From an uncultured Methanolobus sp. (lineage in GTDB: Archaea; Halobacteriota; Methanosarcinia; Methanosarcinales; Methanosarcinaceae): 64,000 nt of DNA. The notes under the pieces are model-generated. The model was not told the DNA's origin, ran no database searches, and was given only the letters and a program-made list of their open reading frames with translations. The translations under genes and the position numbers were made by a program. The stretch covers positions 64,001-128,000 of the forward strand of contig OY776215.1 of NCBI GenBank assembly GCA_963675495.1, in the 5' to 3' direction. This document shows positions 8,903 to 18,671 of the stretch, piece after piece. Numbering within the stretch: the first letter of the stretch is position 1; the number at the start of each line of letters is the position of its first letter.

Positions 8903-10792
8903 ATGATATTGACCAGTAAACGCATATTAATGGGTAACGAAGCAATTGCTTTCGGAGCCATCAAAGCTGGTGTCCAGATAGCAAGTGGCTATCCAGGTAC
9001 CCCTTCAACCGAGGTTATGGAGACAATTGCTTCTCATGCAAAAGAGTATGGTATCTATGCCGAATGGGCTACTAATGAGAAAGTAGCACTTGAGACCGCC
9101 GTAGGAGCTGCATATTCAGGTGCAAATGCCATGGTAACCATGAAACAGGTTGGGCTGAACGTGGCTTCTGATCCTTTAATGAGTCTTTCGTACATAGGGG
9201 TTAAAGGTTCACTGGTAATTGTTGTTTCAGATGATCCTGGTCCACATTCATCCCAGACCGAACAGGATACCAGGGTATTTGGTCATTTTGCAAACATACC
9301 TGTACTGGATCCTGCAACGCCACAGGAAGCCTATGATATGACAAAACTGGCTTTTAAATTATCACACGAGATGGAAACTCCTGTTATACTCAGGACCACA
9401 ACCCGTGTATCTCACGGCTGTTCCGATGTGCTGATAGAGGACTTATCGCCGGTTTCCAGAGATATGGAAGGATTTGTGAAAGACACAAGATGGACCATAT
9501 TCCCAAAACTAACGGCACAGAGGCACCCTCTGCTGGAAGAGCTTCAGATCACTATGTCAGACCGTTTCTCTGAATACTTTGCAGATAACTCTTTTAATTC
9601 AGTATCAAAAGGCAGCAGCAAAATAGGAATTGCAGCTTCGGGTGTTTCATATCTTTACGCAAAGGAAGCTATAAGTAATTATGCTGGCACATTTTCAGTA
9701 TTCAAAGCAGGAACTGTGTATCCTTTCCCTGAAAAGGCAGCCCTTGAATTCCTCAAAAATATTAATGACCTGATAGTTGTAGAGGAGCTGGACCCCTATC
9801 TTGAGGAGCAGTTCCTGCAAGTGGCAGGCAAATATCATCTTAACGTCAATATACATGGGAAGAAAGACGGTTCTTTCCCAGTCAGTGGGGAGTACGACGT
9901 TGATGTTGTTATAGACGGTATGAACAGGGTACTGGAAAGTATCAATAGTGGCATTTCTCCGCTTACTCACTCAGAACCTGCAATAGAGCAGAATGATATT
10001 CCTCCTTTGCCTGTGAGAGCTCCCACGTTGTGTGCTGGTTGCATGCACAGGACTGTCTTCTATGCGTTCAAAAAAGCCGCCGGCAAATTACGTTCACAGA
10101 AAGGTGTAGAATCCATATTTTCCGGTGATATCGGCTGTTACACACTGGGTAATGCCAAACCTCTTGAAATGGTCAATACCTGTCTCTGTATGGGTGCCGG
10201 TATCAGCATCGCTGCCGGTCTGTCCCAGACACAGGAATACAGGGGTGGTCTGAAGGCAAAGCAGGTATCCTTCATAGGCGATTCTACCTTTTTCCACTCG
10301 GGGATTGCTGCTGTTATCAGTGCAGTATATAACAATGCTGACATTACCATTGCAGTCCTTGACAACCGTACAACTGCCATGACAGGACATCAGCCCCATC
10401 CTGGTATAGGTCTAACAGCTCTTGGATCTCCTGCAAAGATCATCGATATAGCAGAGGTTCTCAAAAGTTGCGGGGTAGGTATGGTCAAAACAATAGAGAT
10501 CGATTCCCTTGATGAGTGCATGAATATAGCCACTGAGGCCATGGAGTTTGAAGGTCCTTCAGCCGTTGTGTTCAAAGGAAACTGTGTTGCTATCTGCAAG
10601 GGACAGGGACAGTATCTCGTGGATGAGGACAAATGTACAGGTTGCAGGCTCTGTATATCCCAGTTGGGATGTCCTGCCATTTTTTCAATATCTTCGGGTT
10701 TGCCTGTCATTCAGGACACCTGTAGTGGATGTGGTCTGTGTGCAGAGATATGTCCGTCAGATGCTATTGTCCTGAAGGAGGTCTTACAATGA
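8903..10792 (+). CDS. iorA: Indolepyruvate:ferredoxin oxidoreductase alpha subunit
   Basis: MGNEAIA, GYPGTPSTE, NEKVALE, HSSQTEQD, LCAGC, GDIGCY, GDSTFFHSG, TAMTGHQP; C-terminal 2x[4Fe-4S]. Confidence 0.95.
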   Translation: MILTSKRILMGNEAIAFGAIKAGVQIASGYPGTPSTEVMETIASHAKEYGIYAEWATNEKVALETAVGAAYSGANAMVTMKQVGLNVASDPLMSLSYIGVKGSLVIVVSDDPGPHSSQTEQDTRVFGHFANIPVLDPATPQEAYDMTKLAFKLSHEMETPVILRTTTRVSHGCSDVLIEDLSPVSRDMEGFVKDTRWTIFPKLTAQRHPLLEELQITMSDRFSEYFADNSFNSVSKGSSKIGIAASGVSYLYAKEAISNYAGTFSVFKAGTVYPFPEKAALEFLKNINDLIVVEELDPYLEEQFLQVAGKYHLNVNIHGKKDGSFPVSGEYDVDVVIDGMNRVLESINSGISPLTHSEPAIEQNDIPPLPVRAPTLCAGCMHRTVFYAFKKAAGKLRSQKGVESIFSGDIGCYTLGNAKPLEMVNTCLCMGAGISIAAGLSQTQEYRGGLKAKQVSFIGDSTFFHSGIAAVISAVYNNADITIAVLDNRTTAMTGHQPHPGIGLTALGSPAKIIDIAEVLKSCGVGMVKTIEIDSLDECMNIATEAMEFEGPSAVVFKGNCVAICKGQGQYLVDEDKCTGCRLCISQLGCPAIFSISSGLPVIQDTCSGCGLCAEICPSDAIVLKEVLQ

Positions 10793-11400
10793 AATTCGAT
10801 ATTCTTATTGCAGGTGTCGGTGGTCAGGGTGTCGTACTTGCCTCCCGTTTACTTGCCACCGCTGCCATGGATGCCGGTTTGCATGTAGCCACAGCTGAGA
10901 CAATAGGTATGGCTCAGAGAGAAGGATCAGTTACAAGTCATGTGAGGATCGGGGACAATGTATGTGGTTCACTTATCCCTCAGGGAAGTGCCGATCTTTT
11001 GATAGGGCTTGAACCAGGCGAAGCTGCCCGCAACCTTCGTTTTTTATGCAAAGGTGCCAGTATTGTGGTCAATGAGCATGCAATAATGCCATCGACTCAG
11101 GGTAGTGAAGTATATGATCCAAATCAGATGCTCGATTTTCTGAAGAGTAACTGTCCGGAAATAATATCTGCTGATTTCACCGGTCTTGCAAAAAATGCGG
11201 GAACATACAGGGCAGCTAATGTATCTATGATAGCGGCCGCTGCAGGTGCCGGTCTTTTACCTTTCTCAGTGGAATATCTGTGGAATGTGCTTGAAAAGAT
11301 GATTCCGGAAAAATACAGGGATGTTAATCGTAGGGCATATGACATGGCAATTGAAAGTGTTCCAAAGACAAAAAGAGAAATTCCTTCCGTGGATCAATGA
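10789..11400 (+). CDS. iorB: Indolepyruvate:ferredoxin oxidoreductase beta subunit
   Basis: GVGGQG and ETIGMAQREGSVTSHVR; ATGA overlap with iorA places the start at 10789. Confidence 0.93.
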   Translation: MKFDILIAGVGGQGVVLASRLLATAAMDAGLHVATAETIGMAQREGSVTSHVRIGDNVCGSLIPQGSADLLIGLEPGEAARNLRFLCKGASIVVNEHAIMPSTQGSEVYDPNQMLDFLKSNCPEIISADFTGLAKNAGTYRAANVSMIAAAAGAGLLPFSVEYLWNVLEKMIPEKYRDVNRRAYDMAIESVPKTKREIPSVDQ

Positions 11401-11417
11401 TGGCAGGAGTGAGATGA

Positions 11418-12752
11418 ATGTGTGATAGTCATGAAATTGATGGTTTAAAGAACGTGGTTCCTGTAAGTGAATGTGAAACTGAAAGTTGTTGCACACATTC
11501 TGGTCTATCCGATGAAGAAAGAACGACCAAGCTAAGACAGCTTCTTCAAAGGGTTGCAAAGGGAAGTCCTTTCTACAAGCGAAAATACTCAGAGACTGGT
11601 GTTGATATCAATGCTATAAAGACTCTCGAGGATATCAGCAAACTCCCACTAACTACCAAGGAAGAGCTAAGAGATGCCTATCCTCTTGGTCTTCAGGCTG
11701 TACCGGATAAAGAGATTGTGAGGATACATTCATCTTCAGGTACAACCGGAAGTCCTGTCATAATCCCATATACCAAAAGAGATGTGGAGGTATGGGCAGA
11801 GATGATGATGCGCTGCTACCAGATGGCAGGGCTTACGAATACGGACAGGATACAGATAACACCCGGATACGGATTATGGACCGCAGGCATAGGTTTCCAG
11901 GCAGGTGCAGAGCTTCTGGGAGCCATGGCAGTTCCAATGGGTCCGGGAAATACGGAAAAACAGCTTCAGATGATGCTTGATTTGAAGTCCACAGTTCTTG
12001 GCAGCACTTCCTCATATGCTCTCCTGCTTGCAGAGGAGATTAGTAAAAGGGGTCTTAAGGACAGTATCAAATTGAAGGTTGGTATCATCGGCTCTGAGCG
12101 CTGGAGTCCTAAGATGAGAGCACGCATCGAGGACGAGCTTGGCATCGAGACTTTTGATATCTTCGGTCTCACCGAAGTATACGGACCTGGCATTGCTCTT
12201 GATTGCCCTATGCATGATGGTCTGCATTACTGGTCAGACCACCTGTTCTTTGAGATAATAGACCCCGTTACAGGAGAGAGCCTGCCAGATGGTACTCTTG
12301 GAGAGCTTGTGATAACCACGCTGACCAAGGAAGGTGCTCCACTTATACGTTACAGGACAAGAGACCTCACACGCATCATACCCGAACCATGCAAATGTGG
12401 AAGTCCTTTCCCACGCATAGACCGCCTGCTCGGACGTACTGATGACCGCATCAAGATAAAAGGTGTAAATGTTTACCCCGGCCAGATAGAAGATGTCATA
12501 CACAGAGTGGAAGGTGTGAGCAGTGAGTATCAGATAGTCCTTGAAAGGGCTGCCGGAAGGGATACCATGCTTTTCAAGGTCGAGGTCGAAAATGCAGATG
12601 ATCCGCAGACCAACACGAAAAAAGCAAAGTTAATGAACAAAGCATTCCAGGATTTCATAGGTATCAGCGTTGACGTAGAATGTGTTGGAATTGGAGCATT
12701 GCCACGTAGTGAGAAAAAGAGTAAGAGAGTTATTGATAACAGGGAAATGTGA
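11418..12752 (+). CDS. paaK: Phenylacetate--CoA ligase (aryl-acid CoA ligase)
   Basis: HSSSGTTG, YGLWTAG, FGLTEVYGPG, PLIRYRTRDLT, GRTDD and GVNVYP motifs. Confidence 0.92.
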   Translation: MCDSHEIDGLKNVVPVSECETESCCTHSGLSDEERTTKLRQLLQRVAKGSPFYKRKYSETGVDINAIKTLEDISKLPLTTKEELRDAYPLGLQAVPDKEIVRIHSSSGTTGSPVIIPYTKRDVEVWAEMMMRCYQMAGLTNTDRIQITPGYGLWTAGIGFQAGAELLGAMAVPMGPGNTEKQLQMMLDLKSTVLGSTSSYALLLAEEISKRGLKDSIKLKVGIIGSERWSPKMRARIEDELGIETFDIFGLTEVYGPGIALDCPMHDGLHYWSDHLFFEIIDPVTGESLPDGTLGELVITTLTKEGAPLIRYRTRDLTRIIPEPCKCGSPFPRIDRLLGRTDDRIKIKGVNVYPGQIEDVIHRVEGVSSEYQIVLERAAGRDTMLFKVEVENADDPQTNTKKAKLMNKAFQDFIGISVDVECVGIGALPRSEKKSKRVIDNREM

Positions 12753-13001
12753 AATACGTCATTTCACTCAATGACTTTAGTTTCCATTCTCATTCTTTTC
12801 TGATACATAGAGCCGATGAACAGGAAACAGATTTATATCATAGGCTCAAAACCCTTTATATGTAGTTCTATAATCAGCTACGTGGGGTGGCTGCTATATC
12901 AGATCTTAGAATTTATAATCAGGGTCTATATAATTAGGATTCGTAAGGGGATTGTTTGATATCAGAATGATGTTTCCTCATGACCTTGGTGGGGATAATG
13001 A

Positions 13002-13646
13002 ATGGATATAAATATTACAAATACACTGGAAATGCCAATATGGTGGCCGGATTATATATCTGTTGGAATTTTCTTTTTTGTTCTGGGTGTCACAGGTGCT
13101 GCAATAATAGTTTATCTTGGCAGATGGGATGAGTTCATGGAAAATACTGCTCGTATACTGGAGCTCGATGAACATATCAAGTGCTTAAAATCGAAACAAT
13201 CAAAAGCAATAGATGATACTGATAAAGAACGTCTATGGCAGGAAATGATGAAACAACAGGAGGAACTGAATAAGGAAAAAGGTTTCATCCGAAATATGGG
13301 GATTGTAATCTATCTTTTTGTCGGGGGTACAGTTGCAAGCATTATGGCCAATAGTATGCTTGAAGCAGTTGCAATTGGTGCAGGCTGGACTGGTCTCATA
13401 GGTGCCTTTGGAATCAAAAAAAATGCTGACGAACGGATGAAACGAGCTGATAAGGATGCTTCTCAAGATGCTCGTACTGCTGACATGATTACTAAGAAAC
13501 ATGAGAAAATTAATAAGGAGCACGAGGAAAAGACCATAGAAGCATATTCTGATGGATATGCAGATGCCATAGAGACAGCTGCTAGGGTTATGGACATTGA
13601 TAGCAAGGACCTGACAGAGAAAATAATTAAGAGTTTAGAGGTATGA
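13002..13646 (+). CDS. Hypothetical 3-TM membrane protein with coiled-coil segments
   Basis: Three hydrophobic segments with K/E-rich helices between TM1 and TM2 and after TM3; GGGGA RBS. Confidence 0.7.
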   Translation: MDINITNTLEMPIWWPDYISVGIFFFVLGVTGAAIIVYLGRWDEFMENTARILELDEHIKCLKSKQSKAIDDTDKERLWQEMMKQQEELNKEKGFIRNMGIVIYLFVGGTVASIMANSMLEAVAIGAGWTGLIGAFGIKKNADERMKRADKDASQDARTADMITKKHEKINKEHEEKTIEAYSDGYADAIETAARVMDIDSKDLTEKIIKSLEV

Positions 13647-13786
13647 TGATGGAAGAGAGAGAAACACTCAAAAAAATTGTGAAACAAAAAGCTATGCTAT
13701 ACAAGGAAGATTGGGCTCTGGAAGAGGATGATGAGATTAAGCAGGCGCTAAGTTCACTTAAGAAAAGGGCACAGAAAAAATATTAA
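13643..13786 (+). CDS. Small charged hypothetical protein (47 aa), not in the ORF track
   Basis: MMMEERETLKKIVKQKAMLYKEDWALEEDDEIKQALSSLKKRAQKKY; ATGA overlap with the upstream gene and a GAGGT RBS. Confidence 0.65.
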   Translation: MMMEERETLKKIVKQKAMLYKEDWALEEDDEIKQALSSLKKRAQKKY

Positions 13787-13854
13787 CTAGTTTTCTCCTG
13801 TCTGCACTGTTTTTCGTATAATGATGTCGAATCCGGTTGAAAGAGGATTTCACA

Positions 13855-16038
13855 TCATTCTTTATCCACCAACACGGCATTGGTAATAACAACCTTTGCG
13901 GTGTACTCATCCCGCTCGATGACTTCCATTTCCCGAATCTCTATCTTTTTATTGTACATGGGTCCGTCCGTTACGAAACTTTCGAACTCACCACCTTCTC
14001 CTGCGACATTGAGACCGATCTTTTCGTTGAGCTTGACAAGTTTTTCGATGTCCTTTTTCTCAATATTACGTCCCACCCAGCTCTTGTTCAGGCCGTAGGC
14101 TGCAACACTGCTGAATATGAACTCAAACCCAATGTCTAAAAGCTGGTACATCTCTTTTTCCTGGTCGATATGCCAGAGAGGGGAGAATGCTTTTAGTCCC
14201 AGTTCGTCGCATACTTTTTCTATCCTTTCACGCTGGTAGTTGGAATACAGGGCGCCGGTGATGATTCCTTCTATGCCGAACTCGTTTTTGGCACGAATTA
14301 TGGCATTCTTCATGTCATCGAGTTCCTTCTCTTTTTCGCCTTTTGTTAGTTCTTCAATCAGTGGCATTCCCATGGCTTCTGCCTGCAGGCGTGCAAGATC
14401 AATGTTAGGAGTGTGGAACATGTATGAGTCTTGGTTCTGGCTCTTTATCGTTATAAGGCACTCGATGGAATAGTTCTGCTGCTGCATTACGTGCATGGCA
14501 TAATTGCTGTCTTTACCTGAACTGAAAAGCACGCCGAGTTTAAGGTTTGGCTGGTCATAGAAATGCTTCAGGTATTCGGTCTTTGTTTGGTATCCGCCTT
14601 TCTTTGCAAGTTTGCCTATGGCCTTGTCAAATCGACTTCCATATTGAGCTGCCTGTTTTCTGCGCTGGCTGACCTGAGCGGGAACCCCAATCTCCTCAGC
14701 AAGCAGGCGTAATATTAGCTTGTTCTGCTCATCGTTGATCTTGTACTGCGGTGGTATCTTCAGACAATAGTCTACAAATCTCTTATCAAGATATGGCACA
14801 CGCAACTCAATGTTGTTGTTCATAGAAACAACATCATCGCGGTAGGTGTTTTTCTCGTAGATTTTCAAAACGTCGGCGTAGCAGTCCCGGCTAATGTCTG
14901 TGGAACGTTTGTGGCGGTCGTAGCCTGCAAAGACCTCATCAGCTCCTGACCCGGAGAACATGACCCTGATACCATCCTCCTTAGCAGCCACACATGCTGC
15001 ATACATAGTAAGTGCCACTCCTACTTTTGGTACATTTGTGTCTTCCACAAGAGGAACCACATCTTTCAGGTAGGTTTCCACCTCATCCAGTCCTATGCTT
15101 TTGACCTTCAGGTCAAGTCCAAGCTCTTTAGCCATCATTTGTGAATATTCAACATCAGGCGGAAGTTGTACTTCGGAAAGGCCTGCGGTATAGCAGGTAA
15201 AATCTATTCCCGGTTTTTTCCCCATCATTTTACACATGTACGCAATGATGGTGGAGTCCAGCCCGCCGGAAAAGAGAATACCGAACTTCTCATCAGGCAT
15301 GCGTATGGAAACAGCATTTTCCATAAGCTCTTTCATGTGTTTTTCTACTTCCTCAATGCTACCTTCATGTTGAGGAGTTATGGAAAAGAATTCCCGGTTG
15401 TACTTTTCAATACTATCTTTTCCTATATGGTAGGCAAGAATTTCTCTGGGGTTGAGTTCTTTGATATCTTTAAATCCTGTTCTTGCAAGTGCCTTTTTTT
15501 CAGAGGCGAATGCAAATACTTTAGAGCTGCTATACCAGAGTGGTTTGATACCTACTATATCCCTTGCAAGATACACAGTGTCATCCAGCCAGTAGGCAAG
15601 CGCATAGACGCCTGTAATTTCACGTAGTATCTGGTCGATTACCTGCATGATGCCATTTTGGGAAGCTGCATTATTTCCTGCATCAAAGACCTGCTTCTCG
15701 ATGAGCTTTATCAGCAGATCCGTATCATTATCTGCCTTTAGATCATATTTTTCTGCGAGTTCTTTCCAGTTGTATATCTCGCAGTTCGCAACTATCTTTC
15801 CAGTATATACGATTGGCTGAAGTACAAAATTAACCATTGAGTGCAATCGATGTCCCAAAGCATTCCTCTTTGAAATCTCAGGATCGAACTCAAGAGAAGT
15901 TACATTCTCTGCAAGGTAAAGTTCGCTCTCAGTGGTAATCCCTATACCATCAAGCCCCCGGTTCTTTGTAATTTCAAGGGCTTGTAAGGTATGTTCCATC
16001 GCGTTGTCGTTATTAAAAAAACCTGTAATTGAGCACAT
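13855..16038 (-). CDS. dph6: Fusion of an AsnB-like glutamine amidotransferase/synthetase with diphthine--ammonia ligase (Dph6)
   Basis: N-terminal MCSITG (Ntn Cys2), FSGGLDS, GSGADEVFAGY, ELRVPYLD; C-terminal FSSGKDS, DSYMFH, NYQRERIE, GEGGEFESFV. Confidence 0.9.
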   Translation of the reverse strand: MCSITGFFNNDNAMEHTLQALEITKNRGLDGIGITTESELYLAENVTSLEFDPEISKRNALGHRLHSMVNFVLQPIVYTGKIVANCEIYNWKELAEKYDLKADNDTDLLIKLIEKQVFDAGNNAASQNGIMQVIDQILREITGVYALAYWLDDTVYLARDIVGIKPLWYSSSKVFAFASEKKALARTGFKDIKELNPREILAYHIGKDSIEKYNREFFSITPQHEGSIEEVEKHMKELMENAVSIRMPDEKFGILFSGGLDSTIIAYMCKMMGKKPGIDFTCYTAGLSEVQLPPDVEYSQMMAKELGLDLKVKSIGLDEVETYLKDVVPLVEDTNVPKVGVALTMYAACVAAKEDGIRVMFSGSGADEVFAGYDRHKRSTDISRDCYADVLKIYEKNTYRDDVVSMNNNIELRVPYLDKRFVDYCLKIPPQYKINDEQNKLILRLLAEEIGVPAQVSQRRKQAAQYGSRFDKAIGKLAKKGGYQTKTEYLKHFYDQPNLKLGVLFSSGKDSNYAMHVMQQQNYSIECLITIKSQNQDSYMFHTPNIDLARLQAEAMGMPLIEELTKGEKEKELDDMKNAIIRAKNEFGIEGIITGALYSNYQRERIEKVCDELGLKAFSPLWHIDQEKEMYQLLDIGFEFIFSSVAAYGLNKSWVGRNIEKKDIEKLVKLNEKIGLNVAGEGGEFESFVTDGPMYNKKIEIREMEVIERDEYTAKVVITNAVLVDKE

Positions 16039-16130
16039 AGTTCCAGTTGATAATAGTATTTTTAGTTCAGAAAAGCGTTCCAGTCTGATAAAGGCTTTGA
16101 GTACTTAGCAATAAATAGCCTCGAAATACA

Positions 16131-16281
16131 GGCTCTGTAGAAATCCTTATTTTAACAAAAAATAACCTTGAGATAATCATAAGCTTTTCCCCTCTCCCCC
16201 AAACCCCCTCACCCCTTTTTTTTTCATTACAGGAGTCCCTATAGTAAACGTATTCTCATCTTCATTTCATTTAATGTAAAA
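16131..16281. mobile_element. MITE-like IS5-type remnant, copy 1 (intact left TIR, right end missing)
   Basis: Starts with GGCTCTGTAGAAATCC; 16134-16281 aligns with 51073-51197. Confidence 0.65.
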
Positions 16282-16331
16282 CGAGACAAGTAAAAAAAGA
16301 AAAAAAGGATATAAATTTAAAAATGATGTGC

Positions 16332-16718
16332 TCAGGGTTTGCATTCAAGAGCAATACGTTCTTCCGGCTTTAAGGAAACGTAGAATCTTAGTATGTCTTC
16401 CGGATTCATATCTACTCCGAGATTGTATCCATTTGCCCTGCCTGTCCGTAGAAACCTTTCTTCCTTTTCATGCTTTCTGAGCATCAAAGCTTGAACTTCT
16501 TCATCTCTAAGTTTTGACATATCTACTTTCCTAAGAAGACCTATGAGCAAGAAGTTATTTTCAATACGTTCGTAAATGCTTTCTTTATTGTTCTCAACCT
16601 TCTTTTCAGGTTCGAACAGGTAGGCAGTCTCACCATTAGAATCCTTATATGCCAGCGATATTTTTTTGAGTACCAGTTTTCCATTTTCGGATACCAGAAT
16701 AGTGCGCTCAGTCTTCAT
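16332..16718 (-). CDS. Hypothetical protein (128 aa)
   Basis: ATG start with GAGG RBS; protein-like composition; T-run downstream. Confidence 0.65.
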   Translation of the reverse strand: MKTERTILVSENGKLVLKKISLAYKDSNGETAYLFEPEKKVENNKESIYERIENNFLLIGLLRKVDMSKLRDEEVQALMLRKHEKEERFLRTGRANGYNLGVDMNPEDILRFYVSLKPEERIALECKP

Positions 16719-16992
16719 TTCATTGCCTCTGTTTGTTTTTTGCAGAATTCAGGTCCACAGATATTTCATGCAAATCATGAGATTGTACTATCATTTTACA
16801 ATCTGTTGTGTTTGTTCTACTATTGCTGTTTTCTCAATTTACTATTTAATTATTTCTACACTTTGATATCGAATGAGCATCATCATTATGAGATATGGTT
16901 TTTTTGATGTCTTCATTTTTACTTTAGGGTATACAAAATATGAAATAGAAAGACCTTCAAAAGGCTTAGTGAAATCACAGGAACTAAATCAT

Positions 16993-17580
16993 ATGTTCAA
17001 TAAATTAAAGAATACTGTCAGAGTATCGATATTGCCCTTTGTAAGGTGGGTACCATTAAGTCCTAATTCACTTACCATTATAGGTCTGCTCATAAGTGTC
17101 TGGGCGGCAGTTACATTTGCTACAGGTGATCTTTTAGGCGGCGCCCTGTTAATACTTCTCAGCGGGTTTTTTGATATGATAGATGGTGCTGTTGCAAGGG
17201 CAAAAGGTTGCATGACAGCTTTTGGTGCAGTGCTTGATTCCGTCTGTGACCGCTATGCTGATGCTATTATTTTTGTAGGTATAATCTATGGAGCTATAGC
17301 AGGCAATATTCTACAGACCACTGTCCTTTCAGTTCCCTTATGGATCTGGGTTGTATTCGCTATAATTGGTTCCTACCTTGTGAGCTATGTACGTTCAAGA
17401 GCGGAAGCTGCAGGTGTTGGGTCCATGAGTATCGGTGTAGCTGAGAGGCCGGAGAGAATGATGATACTTGTGGCAGGCTCTCTGAGTGGTTATCTGGGAG
17501 AGTCTATAGTTATTATTGTAATTCTTACTCACATAACAATGATTCAGCGTCTGTTATATGCAAAAAGGTCACTTGAGTGA
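16993..17580 (+). CDS. CDP-alcohol phosphatidyltransferase (archaetidylinositol-phosphate synthase-like)
   Basis: SPNSLT and DMIDGAVAR...FGAVLDSVCDRYAD signature; SYVRSRAEA and ERPER; start inferred at ATG 16993. Confidence 0.88.
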   Translation: MFNKLKNTVRVSILPFVRWVPLSPNSLTIIGLLISVWAAVTFATGDLLGGALLILLSGFFDMIDGAVARAKGCMTAFGAVLDSVCDRYADAIIFVGIIYGAIAGNILQTTVLSVPLWIWVVFAIIGSYLVSYVRSRAEAAGVGSMSIGVAERPERMMILVAGSLSGYLGESIVIIVILTHITMIQRLLYAKRSLE

Positions 17581-17686
17581 GAAGATTATATCTGCAATGC
17601 AAAGGTTATAATAGCAGACGTTATTATTTATGCCTGAGTTTATCTTATAATAATATAAATCATCAAATGAGAGATGAGGATTCTAA

Positions 17687-17938
17687 ATGCAATATCAAGC
17701 AGATGTAACCATTGAACTTAAAAGCGGTATGCTTGACCCTGAAGGTACAACCATCGAAAGGGCACTTGAACACCTGGGATATAAGACCGAGAGTGTGAGA
17801 ACAGCAAAAAAATATACTATCGATCTTCAGGCAGAGAATATCCATGCTGCAAGGGAGACTGTCGAGGAAATGTGCCAAAAATTAATCGCAAATCCTATTA
17901 TCCATAATTATGCCATATCAGTGAGGGAATTGCAATGA
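17687..17938 (+). CDS. purS: Phosphoribosylformylglycinamidine synthase subunit PurS
   Basis: LKSGMLDPEG and LIANPIIHNY motifs. Confidence 0.95.
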   Translation: MQYQADVTIELKSGMLDPEGTTIERALEHLGYKTESVRTAKKYTIDLQAENIHAARETVEEMCQKLIANPIIHNYAISVRELQ

Positions 17939-18630
17939 GTATAGGTATTGTACAGTTTGGTGGCAGCAATTGTGACCTTGACGTGCTGCATATCCTGAAG
18001 GATGTTCTCGGAGTTGACGCTGAACTTGTATGGTACAAGGAAGAAAATCTGGAACGTTTTGAAGGAATAGTCATCCCGGGAGGTTTCTCATACGGTGATT
18101 ACCTCAGAGCAGGTGCCATTGCTGCACGTACTCCTATTATGAACTCGGTCAAGGCACTTGCAGAATCAGGCAAACCTGTAATAGGTATCTGTAATGGCTT
18201 TCAGGTTCTAACAGAATCCGGACTTCTGGAAGGTGCACTTACAACCAATGCTTATCCAAAGTTCAGATGCGAGCCTACTTTCCTCAGAGTTGAGACAACA
18301 GACTCCCCTTTCACCTCAAAATTCAAGAAAGGAGATGTGGTCAGTATTCCTATTGCTCACATGGAAGGTAATTTCTACGCAGATGAATCCACACTTTCAA
18401 GTCTTGAGGACAACGGTCAGGTGGCCTTCAGGTACGTGGACAAGGATGGCAAGGTGATCGAGGAGGCTAATCCTAACGGTTCACAGGAAAATATCGCAGG
18501 TATTGTGAGTTCAAAAAAGAACGTTCTTGGTATGATGCCACATCCTGAAAGGGCATCCGAGGAAATTCTAGGCTCAAAGGACGGACTAAAAATACTTGAA
18601 TCAATGGTGGAGTTCATCTCCAACAAATGA
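17935..18630 (+). CDS. purQ: Phosphoribosylformylglycinamidine synthase subunit PurQ
   Basis: PGGFSYGDYLRAG, GICNGFQ, NPNGS and MMPHPER motifs. Confidence 0.96.
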   Translation: MSIGIVQFGGSNCDLDVLHILKDVLGVDAELVWYKEENLERFEGIVIPGGFSYGDYLRAGAIAARTPIMNSVKALAESGKPVIGICNGFQVLTESGLLEGALTTNAYPKFRCEPTFLRVETTDSPFTSKFKKGDVVSIPIAHMEGNFYADESTLSSLEDNGQVAFRYVDKDGKVIEEANPNGSQENIAGIVSSKKNVLGMMPHPERASEEILGSKDGLKILESMVEFISNK

Positions 18631-18671
18631 TCCTTTTACTGTTCCTTTTTTTCTTCTTTTTTTGTTTCCAT

